Of a DNA stretch of 64,000 nucleotides, positions 1-12,500 are shown piece by piece; positions within the stretch are counted from its first letter, which is position 1; each line of letters begins with the position of its first letter. Origin of the DNA: a virus; IMG/VR virus record IMGVR_UViG_3300045988_058566, positions 122,600 to 186,599 of that record. One strand, given 5' to 3'. Under the pieces are notes generated by a model. The model was not told the DNA's origin and did not search any database. It saw nothing but the letters and a program-made list of their open reading frames with translations. A program made the translations under genes and the position numbers.

Positions 1-62
1 CTAAGAACAACAACATTACTCTTTAAGTCACCGTCCTTTACATCATTAACTTTTTTTGCCAT
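1..62 (-). CDS. hypothetical protein, N-terminal fragment running off the window
   Basis: ATG at 62..60 (minus) reads MAKKVNDVKDGDLKSNVVVL to the edge; lies directly downstream of the capsid gene. Confidence 0.35.
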   Translation of the reverse strand, partial: MAKKVNDVKDGDLKSNVVVL

Positions 63-158
63 AATTCATTATAAATTTCTATGAATAGGTAGGAGAGCAC
101 CTCGTCTCCTACCGTATCTTAATATTATTAGATAATCTTTTTAAATCTATTAATTAAA

Positions 159-1580
159 TCAATATTCCTTAGCTTTAAGAATAAATGATTTATAAGGGTT
201 GAATACAGCAATACCTGCATATCCCCAGATTGTCATAAGACCACCTGCTACTGGTGAACTTACAACACCACTTTCACCTCCTGAGCGACCACCAACACCA
301 AGAACTTCATTGAAAATGTAATCCTTACCCTTCAATGAGAACATTTGAATAGGAGGTTGTGTAGATGTCTTACCTGTTGTTAAATCAATACACAAGAAAT
401 ATGGGTCTTGATACTCTCTAGACAATGTTCTATCAACCTTGAAGCTAATAGTATTACCACCCCACTCATATGCGTCGAATGTAGCACCTACTTTGATATA
501 CTTTCCTTCACCTTGCTTAGACCAAAGATAAGCTCCATCAGTCTTTCTAGTAGAAAGGTATTCACCAAGTACTCTCTGTACAATAGCCCAAGCTTTTTCA
601 TTACACATAAAGCAGAAATGATTACCTGTTGGCTTATCTGCTTTTGATACCATATCAGAAATTATTGTGTGGAATGTGCCAATTGTAATTCTGTTTGCAG
701 AATACTTACTTGCAAAACGCTCAATTTGAGGAATTGCACCATCACCAATAAAGATAGGTTGTCCTGTAGCTTTATCAGCTAATGTAGTCTTACCATCAAC
801 ACCTACAGTACCCTTAGCAAGCAAAATCATATTCTCTCTTGCATACAAGAAGTTCTCAATAAGATTCTTATTCATAGGGTCCAGCTTGTAAATCTTTTCA
901 GTAAGGCATCCTTGGTTCTCTCCCTTGCCAATCTTGATAAATGTATCTTCCATCAATGCATACTTAGCACTATATGTATCCTATACACGAATAGTACTCA
1001 TATAGTTACGCATCTTTTCTACATTACTCTAATACTTAACCCAACCAGTCTCGTGCAATTCTGGTTTAGCATTACCAATAAAATAGGTATAATCACCAAT
1101 ATGGGTACCATCAGTATCCAATACAGAAGAGTAATCATCATCAAGCAAGCGAACCATTACTGACCACATATTATCTGCCTTTCTAACACTGTCAGAAACA
1201 ACAAAACACTATTGACCAGTACTCTCGATCTTGAAGATTTCATGCAAACGATAATAATTCTCTGGGAAGATCATTTCAATCTCAGAACCATTTGCCCCAT
1301 CACCAACTGGTTCAGCTGCAAATGGAACACGTTTAATATAATTAGTTTCCACTTCCCACTCGAAGTAAGTAGAATCAATACTTTGATACTTACTTGGCTT
1401 AGAATCACCATAATAAACGTTTCGCAATGCCTCTGTCAAGAATGTAGCTGTCAATTCTGGATAGAGTCTTGAAACTACTCCGAGTCGGTGAGGTCTTTCA
1501 CCTAAAAACTTACTAAAGTCTTCGTAAGTTCTTGTATCTCCCATGGTTGCATGGTTTGTTACAAAATTTGCTACTAACAT
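159..1580 (-). CDS. putative major capsid protein (473 aa with TAG translated)
   Basis: Track fragments 159..956 and 1209..1580 share a frame. The gap has three in-frame TAG (981-983, 1029-1031, 1209-1211) and no TAA/TGA, checked codon by codon. The real stop is TGA at 159-161. Size and position after a scaffold-like gene fit a capsid protein; family not verifiable by eye. Confidence 0.6.
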
Positions 1581-1602
1581 AAATAAAAATTAAATTTAAG
1601 AA

Positions 1603-2637
1603 TTAATCCCAATCGTCTGAATCCCAAATAGATTCATCCTTTTTACTCGTAGTTGGCTTTGTAGGTTTAAATACGAACTTAGATTTGTTAAGAATGTCTC
1701 CTTTACCTGCACTATAACCACGAGTATATGCATCTTGTTGCTACTTCTATAATTCTGCAATTAATTCCTATTCATTAAGTAACCAAAATGCAGCTTTAGT
1801 TAAAAGCTTAGGATCTTGCAATGCCTTACCTAGGGCACTAGAGCCATCCTCATCTAAAGCTAACATAAATTCAGACAAATTGTCCTTATCTTGATTAGAT
1901 AATTGAATAGGTTGTCCTGCAAAACTATTAAAGTTATCAATCTAATTGTTAACCACATTAGCAAATGCCTAATATCTCTGCTGAGCAGCAGCCTATTGTT
2001 GATTTGCAATGTTTTGTTTTTGTTCTTCCTATAATCTATTATATTGTTGTCTTAATCCGTCTACTGTTTTCTTAAATAAAGTTTCATTAGCCTTAGCAGC
2101 TTCTAATGCAGCATCTAGTTCTTCATCTGTAATGTTATCGTTACCAACTTTATTTAAAATATCGAAAGCATATAAATCCTCATCAGACATAGCATCAAAC
2201 TAATTTGTATCCTATGGCTAATTAATCTATGGAGTAATAGTTTGCATATAATCTTGAACACTCATTCCACTATTTCTAATAGCATTAATAAGGTCAATTT
2301 CATCTTCTGCTAAGTCATTATTAGTTTCCTAATGCTCTCTCTAGTCTGCTAAGATATTTATCTACTCCTCTTTAGTTAGAGAATCCCAGGAGCGTTCTGT
2401 AACAGCACCACTCTCATCTTCAAATTTAATCTTGTCTGGGTTACTAATACCTCTAAGTTTTAGTACCTCAGTAGTTAAATCATCTTCCTAATCTCCTTCA
2501 CTTGGAGGAGTAGAATCAGTCTCCTAATTACCTGTTTTTTCTGGTTTTGGATCTGGTTCTTGCTTTTCTTGAGTAGGAGTTTCATCAAACTCATCTACAT
2601 CAAACATTGAGTCATCAAAATTACTTTCCATATTCAT
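1603..2637 (-). CDS. scaffolding-like acidic, Gln-rich coiled-coil protein (344 aa, TAG-containing)
   Basis: ATG 2637..2635 ([19 protein letters not shown]...) and TAA 1603-1605 are in frame. Many in-frame TAG, acidic ends (...WDSDDWD). Sits immediately upstream of the capsid gene. Confidence 0.55.
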
Positions 2638-4505
2638 TACTTCATTTTCATTATAAATATTAAAGAATAAGCATCAAGCTTATATTTATTGTCTTCTGTT
2701 TGTCCTGGGGTTGTTTCTCCAGGAGTTTCTGTAGAACCTACATATTTAGTTAATTCTACAGATTCTTCTTTAAGGGCTGTTCCTGCCTTTATAAATTTAT
2801 CAATTAAGTTAGGGGTTCCGTTAGTTCCGTCACAAATCTACCATTTATCAGGTATATTTTTAGTATTACTAAACATTATAATGGAACCTTTAGGTAAGAA
2901 ATTAGTATCACCTGCATTATCAACAGCTTTCTTAATTTTTTCATTAACTATTTCCATAGTTGGAAACTAATTATCTGCTATTGTCTCTGGTTTTATATCA
3001 GTAAAACTAGGTAATTGTCCAGAAAATTTAGCGCCACTTAATGAAATTCCAGTGACTTTAACATCATCACTATAAAATCCAAATTTATTACTAGTATCAT
3101 CAGATATTCCAAATTCAGATTCCTTATAAGTGCCCATAATAGTATGATAAACATATTTATTATTTACAGAGTCCCATTTACGTAATGCTAAAAACCCCTC
3201 GCCCTAAATAAATTGAGGAACTCTTGCCTGATATATTTTAAACTAAGTAGCTTTTACTAAATCTATCCCTAAATCCTAGTGTACTGGAATTACTGTGATA
3301 CTGTTATTACTTAAACTAACTATTTTTAATTCTTCAGGGTTAACAGAATGTTTAATTTTAGTGCCTATATCTATGTAATAACCATCTATACTAAAATAGG
3401 CAGATTTAATAGATTTATTAGAAGGGTAGGTATAATTACCTATCTCCTAATTAGAATAAGTCTAACTTTCTCCCTCTTCAAAATTAATAGTTAATTGACT
3501 TCCATCTGGAAAGGCTTTATCCAAAATAAAATATTTAGATTCTTCATCCTGTAAATCTGGAGTAAGAAGATAAATATTATAAGTAGTTTCTAAATCAGCA
3601 TCTAAATATCCTTCAACAAAAGTATTAGGATACTTTAATGTAAGTTCATAAGAAGTCTCTCCTGTCTCTTCATTCCTCTCTTTTTCAGATACCTAAGTTA
3701 CAATATTGTATTCTCCTAAAGTTGTATATTTAGTATAGTCCTTTTGGTTTTTTGGTAGTTCTGATTCTATATTTCTCCAATTAATACTATCGATATCTAG
3801 TATTGACTTATTCTACTCCTAATAAATAGAATATCCTGAAGAATTACGGTTATAATTAGAAGATTTAATAGTGTTTACAATTAAATCTAAATTGCATATA
3901 ATAGAATTATTATATAACTAGATATAAGAAATATTATTAATAGATAGATTTAATTGAGTTGAATTTATATTATTTTCTTTTATACTAATATTTCCTATTG
4001 TTAAATCATCAAATTTTCCGGATGATGGTAAATTAGATACTACCTAATATTCATTTATATTTCCGTCTTTAACTAAATAGAGTTTATTAGTATCTTTTAC
4101 ATAAATTAAACCATACTATATTTTTGAATTAGTAACATCTTCTAATGTGTCATAGAATAATCCTATATTAGTTAGAGCTGTTTCTTTCTACTCTGCAGAA
4201 ATATCCTATTCCGTTAAAAAAGAAACATAACTATTTACGGTATCTGCTAACTAAACAGTAACTCCCTCTATATTAACCCAGACGGTCTAATCTGAATTGA
4301 CTAAATAAATACCATTATTATTTATGTCATCCTTACTATCTACAACATAGATAAACTACTTAGCTTCAGAATTTATTTTCCCGTTTTTAATTAAATCTAT
4401 AAATTTGTTTCCCCACTGTAATTTAATTTCTCCATTACTTCTTAGTAATAGTGGGGAGGAAGAGGAACCTGCTTCCTAATAATTTTTACCAAAAAGTTGT
4501 GCCAT
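2637..4505 (-). CDS. fibre protein with C-terminal tail-collar-like motif (622 aa, TAG-containing)
   Basis: ATG 4505..4503 and TAA 2637-2639 are in frame, with a TAATG overlap onto the next gene. The 3' end was checked codon by codon. C-terminal ...[18 protein letters not shown](TAG)[16 protein letters not shown] resembles the phage tail-collar motif. Confidence 0.55.
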
Positions 4506-4912
4506 TATTTAATATTAAGGATTTGTCTTCTATTTCTATTGGAATAACTAACATGTACCCAAGAATAATTATACTCATTAATTAACTAATCAAAAGGGAG
4601 CTTTAACTATTTAATAAGTTCAAACAATTGTTTATTACTTTCTTTAGAATTAGATTTAGTATGAATATCTGCAGCCTATCCAAGTGTGTGCTAGCTAGTT
4701 CTGGCACCTCCAACTGCTTTATTTAATTCAGGACATCTATATCCACTTGACACAATAATTGGCTATCCATAAGCTTTTCTCAATGGATCTAAAATATTAT
4801 CTATTAGCTAATTAAGACAATTTTCTACTTCTTTAGTAGGTTTATTGTCAATTTTTCTTTTATTTGCAGTTTCACTCTTAGTTAACTCTGCAATACTAAA
4901 ATATTTTCCCAT
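4505..4912 (-). CDS. peptidase M15 family (D-Ala-D-Ala carboxypeptidase-like) cell-wall hydrolase, probable endolysin
   Basis: Translation ...VSSGYRCPELNKAVGGARTS(TAG)HTLG(TAG)AADIH matches the SGYR..LN..VGG...SQH..G.A.D zinc-peptidase signature. ATG 4912..4910, TAA 4505-4507, in frame (135 aa). Confidence 0.85.
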
Positions 4913-4977
4913 AGTATTTGTATATTTATTACTTTATGGTCTATATATATTTAATAGAAATATTGCCTCAAAACAAA

Positions 4978-5015
4978 AATAGAGGAACTCCTCAAAATTA
5001 AGAAATTCCTCTATT
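4978..5015 (-). terminator. rho-independent terminator-like hairpin
   Basis: 10-bp stem aatagaggaa/ttcctctatt, followed on the minus strand by a T-rich run; lies downstream of gene 5064..5420. Confidence 0.6.
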
Positions 5016-5063
5016 ACTACTTTTTAATTATTTAATTAGCTATACCATATATGGATTTATTAA

Positions 5064-5420
5064 CTATTCTGTAATATCTCCACTTAGAATAGCTGCATCT
5101 TCTGATTCCGGATTTATATGTAACAACTTACACAGATATATCTCTAGATGATTCTTTTCATGTGCTAATGTATTTGCAGCTTCATAAATAGAATCTGATT
5201 CTCCTACAAATATAACACTGTGATTAGTTTTGTCACAATTATAAATAAATCCAGAATTAATATAATTAGTCAGTCTATTTGTTAATTTATCATAAATTTT
5301 ATTAGGTAAATTATATTTACTAGCTATACAGTCTAAATATTCTAAATCGCGTTTATATTGTATTACATAAATATCAACTGACCAATTATATTTTTCTAAA
5401 CAAGCTTTGTAATGTATCAT
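5064..5420 (-). CDS. small protein with HExxH motif (putative zinc metallopeptidase-like)
   Basis: Intact ORF with no TAG; AHEKNH motif; ATG at 5420 forms an ATGA overlap with the upstream stop. Confidence 0.5.
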   Translation of the reverse strand: MIHYKACLEKYNWSVDIYVIQYKRDLEYLDCIASKYNLPNKIYDKLTNRLTNYINSGFIYNCDKTNHSVIFVGESDSIYEAANTLAHEKNHLEIYLCKLLHINPESEDAAILSGDITE

Positions 5421-5818
5421 ATAAACTCTTCCCAATCTACCATTGTTCCATTAGCTACCATAGTTGCATACCATCTCCTCATAGTAGTACCGTCGCCCGC
5501 ATCTTCATCATCTATTGTGTCTTTAATGTAAAGAGCAAAGTGTTTTTCATCAGTTATACTACTGCCATAGTAATCTGCTTTACACATATTAGCTACGAAT
5601 ATATAGTCACAACCTACATTCTTTTCTAATTGAACATTGTATTGTTCTAAAGTCTTATCTACATATTCTTTAGATACTGGTTCAAGTTTTTGACCTCCTT
5701 TTTCCATCAGGGATACTGCATAATTACATAAAGCTTTGTTGAAATGCCATCCATAATTACGTAAATACTACTTCATATATTTAGGCATATCATCATAAGT
5801 ATCTAAAGCTTGTCTCAT
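5417..5818 (-). CDS. hypothetical protein (133 aa, one in-frame TAG)
   Basis: Track ORF 5417..5707 extends in frame through one TAG to ATG 5818..5816 (MRQALDTYDDMPKYMK(TAG)YLRNYGWHF...). Confidence 0.5.
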
Positions 5819-5820
5819 AA

Positions 5821-6015
5821 TTAGAAATATCTATTATAGTCAGGGTCACGATACTCTTCTCTAGGGTATCTACGTCTTCCATACTTCTCATTGTAATCTT
5901 TAGACTACATCTCTTCAATACAGCGCATTACTTTTCCGCCATAATTGATCATTTTCTCTACATACTCAGAAAGATTGTCTAACTTTGTATCTTGTACTTC
6001 AATTATTGTTGCCAT
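5821..6015 (-). CDS. hypothetical protein (64 aa, TAG-containing)
   Basis: ATG 6015..6013 (MATIIEVQDTKLDNLSEYVEK...) and TAA 5821-5823 are in frame. Confidence 0.4.
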
Positions 6016-6485
6016 GATTTCATAAATTCTTTAAACATTTCTTTTAGAGAATTAACTTCCTCTCTTAAAGCTTTATTCTCTGCTTCCTATCTTTGTCTTT
6101 CCTAGATTTCAGGATTTAATTGCATAAGTATTTCATCACATCCTTTAATAATGTCTTTATGTAACTAAATACTATTAACTATATCTGTACTTCGCTATTT
6201 CATAGAACTAATTTCACTACTCATAGCTTCTTTATTACAAGATATAACTATATTATTACCAAAATCTGCTATCTCACTATTTGCTGGCAATTTCTAGAAA
6301 TTAGTCATAGTTCCATTTACGTCAGCAGTAATATCTAAAATCATCTCTGGATTATACATCCCAGTATTACCATACTTAGGAACAGGAGGTGTTATGTTAG
6401 ACACCTTACCTAATTCCAATGATGGTACATTATCTTTATGTAATATAAATAGTTGATTACCGTTACGTAAATTAGAAAATGCCAT
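6003..6485 (-). CDS. hypothetical protein with C-terminal coiled coil (160 aa, TAG-containing)
   Basis: Track ORF 6294..6485 continues through TAG at 6294, 6195, 6165, 6102 and 6087 to TAA 6003-6005. Every codon was checked; no in-frame TAA/TGA. Confidence 0.6.
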
Positions 6486-6489
6486 AATA

Positions 6490-6813
6490 TTAAGATAATA
6501 ATTGTAATGTATTATTTTCGTAATAAGCTAAATATATACCAGCCTAATTTAAAGTTGCAGAGGTAACAGCGGCTCCACCTAATGTAGTTAAATCCTAATC
6601 CTTTCCATTTGTACTAAATACAATAGGAACTGCTGTAGTAGGAGCTGTAAATCCAGGTAATTTAAATAAAACTAATCCTGAATAAGCTTTATTTAAGAAA
6701 CTATGTGGAGTAAAGGTAAATGTTACATTAGTGGTTCCAACATTTACTGAATTAGCTTCTAATCTAGGAATACCATTTCTATTTGCGTAAACATAAGGAT
6801 TAAGTAATATCAT
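6490..6813 (-). CDS. hypothetical protein (107 aa, TAG-containing)
   Basis: AAGGAGGT then 4 nt then ATG at 6813 (MILLNPYVYANRNG...); reads through TAG at 6595 to TAA 6490-6492. Confidence 0.5.
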
Positions 6814-6827
6814 AGATACCTCCTTTC

Positions 6828-7793
6828 TTATGCCCAAAAACCTGTATTAGCTCCATATAAATTATATGCTAAAGAAGTAGGAACTGCAGTAGCACAAGAA
6901 TATGGCAAAGTTACTGTATTTGGAAGTTTACATTGAATACTAGCTATTTCTTGAGTCAGATTATTAACTGCAGCGTTGATAGGAGTTGTTGCAGCATTTA
7001 ACATCTGAGCAAATAATGCGCTTTGTTGAGAATTATTAATAGCTGTAGCCTGCTCACTATTCTTTTCACGTAAAGACTAAATCTTATCCTATAAAGCCGT
7101 AGTATTAAGAGCATCTAATCTAGCTAAAATAGCGTTAGTATTAATAGTAGATGTATCTTTAATTGTATTCTATAAAGAGCAAGTCTATTGCTAAGTAGCG
7201 TAATTAGTGTCTCGAAATCCGTTCTGAATTACATTATTTACACCATTCAACTAACTAGTTAACTAATAAGTCTGATTCTAGTTGTTAATCTGATTCTCGT
7301 AACCCATTTTAATAATTTCTTTCTGAGTAGAGCAGCAACAGTTGTTAAGAGCCTGGATAATACCACTATCTCCATTATTTACTGCATTAATTATTCTTTC
7401 AGAAGAAAATCCTACCTAACTACCTACATTAGCTATACTAGATTGTACACTCTAAATTGCACTCTAAATAGCATTAGCATCACAACTTAATCTAGTAGAT
7501 AAATCTTGCAGTGCCTAACTATTACCCTTAATAGCCTACATAACTAAATCTGAATTGTGATTATCTTGCATCTAATCCTAGAGAGTTTGAAGCTGTCTTT
7601 GTACTGCGGGATCCCCACCTTGGTCTCCATAACCGTTATTCATCCAGCGCATAATGTACATCCACACAAGATACATAAATGGATTATTCCACATACCTCC
7701 TCCAAAACCTCCGTTCATCATTGCCATAGTAGCAAGATTATCGTTGTTTCCTGTTAAGTTATCAGGAACAACAAAAGTTTTTGTTTCGCTCAT
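6828..7793 (-). CDS. hypothetical Gln-rich protein with Gly/Trp/Met-rich N-terminus (321 aa, many TAG)
   Basis: ATG 7793..7791 and TAA 6828-6830 are in frame; the only track fragment is 7578..7793 because TAG occurs every few dozen codons. Confidence 0.5.
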
Positions 7794-7966
7794 TGCTTTA
7801 AAATTTAAAATACTTAATAATTATCTGTTTATGTTCTAGAACTAAACAATTATATATTTTAAATTCTTAAATTTCGGACATTACTAAAAATAAAAAGAGG
7901 AGATATAGTTAATGGCATTATCAATTGATAATAACCTCTAACTACGTCTCCTCAAACATCAGAACA

Positions 7967-8158
7967 TTACTTATTATTTGAATAAGTGTCTAAATAAAAG
8001 TCAAGATCAGATTTCATCCAAGACAACTCCTTAAACCCATCCTATTTATATCCTTTTGGAATCCATCCGTTCTTAACATAATTGTCAAAAGTAGCACGAC
8101 TAACACCTAAATAATCACATGCTTGTATTTTGCTCATTCTCTAATCCTTATCTGTCAT
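7967..8158 (-). CDS. helix-turn-helix DNA-binding protein (excisionase/AlpA-like HTH)
   Basis: ...MSKIQACDYLGVSRATFDNYVKNGWIPKGYK(TAG)DGF... is a typical Xis/MerR-type HTH. Stop TAA 7967-7969; start at 8158 or 8137. Confidence 0.5.
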
Positions 8159-8225
8159 ATTCTAGATAAAGTGAAGAATTTTGCACTACTCTTCATATGA
8201 TACATTAGAATTGCCTGCATCAATA

Positions 8226-8633
8226 TCATCTATAATCTAATTTAGTAACTTTTTTATAAGCTATAACATATCCTATAATAAATATACCAGTTATTATTAA
8301 ATAAATACAGAGTAATTGCTTATCTGTACATGGGATACCTATATAAGTATCATAAGTTGCTATTAAATTACTTAGAAAGACATAGTATATTGGAAGTCTA
8401 TGTAACTCGCAAAATTTAAACGCAAATGAAGCTAAATATATAAATATTAAAGATAATATAGATATTCCTCCAATTAGTCTTAAAATATCCCCATTTATAT
8501 CATAATAGGATAAGATGGTATGTATAATATCTACTAAAGCTAATAAATAAGGCAGATATTTAAGAGAAATTATTAGCAACTTATAAGTTATTTTACTTAC
8601 ACTTTTTTCCTTTTCCCTTGCCGGTTTTGCCAC
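8226..8633 (-). CDS. multi-pass membrane protein
   Basis: Intact ORF, several hydrophobic helices; GTG start is uncertain. Confidence 0.45.
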   Translation of the reverse strand: MAKPAREKEKSVSKITYKLLIISLKYLPYLLALVDIIHTILSYYDINGDILRLIGGISILSLIFIYLASFAFKFCELHRLPIYYVFLSNLIATYDTYIGIPCTDKQLLCIYLIITGIFIIGYVIAYKKVTKLDYR

Positions 8634-8680
8634 CTTCTGACAAACCAGATGGAGCTGAATTAGGCTTTTTTCTTCCCATA

Positions 8681-8980
8681 TTACTTAGAAATTGTTTGGT
8701 TAGCGAGATAATCTTTAATTAATTGAGTTGCAGTCTGGGTATAATCAATCACTGCATCCAAATTTTCTGGAAGTGCTGTAATATTAATATTAACCATACC
8801 ATCAGTTGGAACATTATAATTATAATAACCAACTTGATTATTCAACTCTCCATCTTTACTTACATTAAAATTAATAGAAGTGCTGCCATTAACTTCCTGA
8901 GTAGCTGAACCTGAAATAGTCCAACCATTAGAAGTTGTATCACTAAGATTAAATGTCTGATTCTGTTTTGTTATTTCCAT
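8681..8980 (-). CDS. hypothetical protein (TAG-free)
   Basis: Intact 99-aa ORF; TAATG junction with the upstream gene. Confidence 0.5.
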   Translation of the reverse strand: MEITKQNQTFNLSDTTSNGWTISGSATQEVNGSTSINFNVSKDGELNNQVGYYNYNVPTDGMVNINITALPENLDAVIDYTQTATQLIKDYLANQTISK

Positions 8981-9432
8981 TACTTAATAAATAATTCATA
9001 AAAAGCTTCCATAAGGTCAGCGGCTTTTACTTTCTGACCATTAATCTCATACTTACCATCAGAATTTACGTCAAGAATATCACTATATTCATCTTCTGTA
9101 AATGTGTCTTCAGGTGCATCTTTAATATCTTCATTACCTTTTTGCATAAGATATTCTTGATACTCTGAATTAGCTTTACTATTAAGTTCATTAAACTTAG
9201 TTTCCTCTTCAGGTGTGCGCTCCGTCTTATTAGCTAAATCTCTCAATTCATCTGAAACAATTTGCTTACTAAACTCTTGGGTATCCTCATCAAACTGTTT
9301 CTTAATCTTATTATAAGACATTCTAATTCTCATAATCTTTACTTTCAACTCCTTAGGGAGTTCTTTGCCATTATTGGCTAATAAAATCTTTGTAATAAGA
9401 TTCTGTTTTGTCAAAACATCATTTAAAGTCAT
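8980..9432 (-). CDS. hypothetical acidic protein (TAG-free)
   Basis: Intact 150-aa ORF. Confidence 0.5.
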   Translation of the reverse strand: MTLNDVLTKQNLITKILLANNGKELPKELKVKIMRIRMSYNKIKKQFDEDTQEFSKQIVSDELRDLANKTERTPEEETKFNELNSKANSEYQEYLMQKGNEDIKDAPEDTFTEDEYSDILDVNSDGKYEINGQKVKAADLMEAFYELFIK

Positions 9433-9500
9433 AAATCATTTATTTTTATTAAACATATATAATTGTATATTATTTATACTAAAGTGAAAGTTAATTAGTG

Positions 9501-12500
9501 TTAATTTTCAAAACTCCATAGAGCAAAGTAGAAAGAACTAGGATTTAGAGTCTCATCATCAGAAGTCCACACATTGATAGCTAAGTAACCACTATAGTTA
9601 CCAGTCATGCCAACCACTTTAACAACACCTCGTGTATCCTATCCTCCAGGACATCCTGTTGCCTATAAGGACATTTTTTCACGATTGTATTTACTTTCTA
9701 AAATATCGGTAAACCATACACGATATTTGCCATTACTATCAAGTAATGCAACTTGAGCATTTCTATTACAAGATATTTGCTACGTTCTCCTACCTGATGC
9801 ATAATCTGGACCATCATATACATATCCACAGGCTATACATATAGGCTATTTATAATATATTGCATCTTTAGCCTAAAGAGTTATAGATGTCATTCGCGCA
9901 TTACCATTAACATCCAGTTTATAAGAAGGAGTACTTTTACCGATTCCTACATTACCCCCACCATTACATAAAGTTATGTTTCCACCATTAAAATAATTTA
10001 AATGCATACTAGAACCACATTCTATTACACTAGAATTAAAACTGCCATCGGACTTACTAGCAATATGAATTATTCCAAATTGAGCAGCTCCAGATGTTTT
10101 TATATTCCATTTATCAGTACCTGAATGAGATGCTATATCTTGAGTATAAACCCATCCATTATTATCAGCACGTCCTATATACAGATTACCGTCACCGTGA
10201 CTTATCCTAGCATTAGCATTCATAGTACCTCCTGCTAAAGGAAGATATGAGTGAGTATGGGATTTGCTAGAATATAAAGTATCAGTTTTTGCTTTTATAT
10301 ACCCCCATAAATGAACAGCTTTTCTTTTATATGGAACATTAACTGCATTAGGGTCTGCAAATCCATTATTAGTAGCATAGGAAGTAATAAGCATAGTACC
10401 ATCTGTTATGGTAGAAGTTGCTTCACTAACCTAACTAATAAAAGTAGAAGTAGTAACTGTCTTAGCAGCAGAACCATCGTATGCTACTCCAAATACATTA
10501 AGTGAATATGGGTTCTTTAAGGATGAGGGTCTTCCACTAACATTACTCCAAGCAACAGAACCCGCGCTACTAGCATATGCTACCCTAAAATTACTAGGAT
10601 TATATACATAATAAGAATGCCGACTATTTCCTCCCCATAGCCAAGTTGGCTAACCGGACTAACCAGACCAATTAAAGGTAGCAACTCCACTATCAGCTCT
10701 TAATAATTGACTTTCAGTACCTCCATTCTTTATAAAACTTGCAGCTTTAAGAGGAGCATATCCTTGATTTCCATTTCCAAAATTATAAACATCAATAGAA
10801 GCTGACTTTGATCTATCATTTATAGGTACATAGTTAAACCATATACTTGCCTTAAATCCAGCATTAACTATATTAAATTCATTACCTCCTACTATTTTAT
10901 CTGTTATAGAAGTCCAAGTGTGGGTATGTGAGGAGGGAGTAAAGGTACTTGGCTTATTAGTCACATTATTCCAAGAAGGAGGGTTTTCTTCTGTATAAAA
11001 TTTCTTCCAGCCCTTATCTGTACCACCTTCTAATCTTCTATAAATTGGAGAACCCCAAAATGGGAAGGCTATAGTCTAAGAATAATATGTACTACCATTA
11101 CCATGATTACATATAATATAGGAAGCCCATCCTGAGCGTCCCATATAAGAAGCATCTGTTTGAAATGCAGTTATTTCCTAATTACCTGTACCAGTATATC
11201 TTAAAGCTCTTGCGTTGTCTGCGCCACCCCCGTTAGCTGGTAAGCTAGTAGGAATATTTTTAGTTAGCGCTACTGTACCTGAATCTAATGGAAATCTAAT
11301 TTGATATGTAGTTGTGTTATTCCCAGTATTATAGTTAGAATCCGTAATATAAGATAATACTGGAACATTATTCCAACTACTTCCTGCAGTATATTCTCCA
11401 AAATCCCAAGAACCATTTGTAGTTTTTAATGACCATAAAGCATGATAACCAGATACAGAAGTTTCTCTTAATAAAGCTCCATCTCTTCCATTAACCCATG
11501 CCTAAGAAGAGCCTCCCCTAATTATTTGTCCTGTAGCCCTAATATTTCCATTTACATCTAACCTTTGTGTAGGGGAACTAGTTCCAATGCCTACCTTACC
11601 TCCCCCAACACACATAGTAACATTACCAGTGTTTCGATAATTTAAATGTAATCCACCATTAGCTCCATTATTAATCTCATCACTATTCTACAAATAAATA
11701 TTACCCATTCTAATAGAATTACTAGAATAAATCTAATTGCCACAATAGAATGACTTACCTCCATAGGTTCTAATCCAAGTAGAGTCAGTCATATTAATAC
11801 CGCCGCCATAAGTCTAACTATACCATCCAGTACTCCCGGTACTTCTAAACCAATTAGAAGTATAAGCTGTACTAAATGTAGGAGAAGTTCCTGAACTAGA
11901 CGAAGCTGATACTTTAATATTAGCCCAGTAATAATTTACTGGATCTTTAAGTTGAGAGGTAAAAGCTACGGTCTGCCATGATCCCCAAGTATTATCATTA
12001 TATGATTTATTCCTATAATAAATACCTCCGGTCTTACCAGCTCCAAACCATAACTGTGGCTGCCAATGATTAGCATTATAACTTAGTATTTCCATCATTT
12101 CTCCATGTCCTGAAGGTCCTCCTGCAGAATTATATATAGTATAGAAATTTACCTTATTGGTTTGAGCAGAGGATGTACCATTTTTGATAGTATTCCATAA
12201 TCCTTTATTAGAAGGAGAACTATCATCCCTACAATAAGTAAGAGTAACATAACTGGCTTTAGTAGCACTTCCTGCAGTTGTTGCATAAGAGACACTTAAT
12301 GAACTCTCCGCTTTATGACTACCTCCTCCTAAAAGAACATAAGCATTAGACGAACCCCCCTTTATAAATCCATTAGAAGCTCTCACATATCCTGAAGAAT
12401 AAATATCCCCGCCTACTTTAAGTTTATAATCAGGATTCACACCATTAGCCCAGCCAGCTCCTACTGCTAAACAATTATTTTTAATCTATACTCCGTTGAT

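Noticed and set aside
408-1472. Plus-strand track ORFs 408..647, 912..1163 and 1212..1472
   Set aside because: They lie antisense to the capsid gene, have low-complexity composition, and have no start or stop context. They are shadow ORFs of an AT-rich sequence.
7967-8158. Excisionase-like HTH as evidence of a temperate lifestyle
   Set aside because: No integrase, repressor or attachment-site-like repeat is visible in the window. Small Xis/AlpA-type HTH proteins are common transcription factors in lytic phages.
8583-8669. Programmed frameshift linking a 28-aa basic ORF (MGRKKPNSAPSGLSEGGKTGKGKGKKCK) to the membrane protein 8226..8633 at GGA AAA AAG
   Set aside because: A AAA AAG is a classical -1 slippery site, but the -1 frame stops immediately (GTG TAA). 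Joining the two ORFs would need a +1 shift, for which there is no supporting signal. A GTG start for the membrane protein is simpler.
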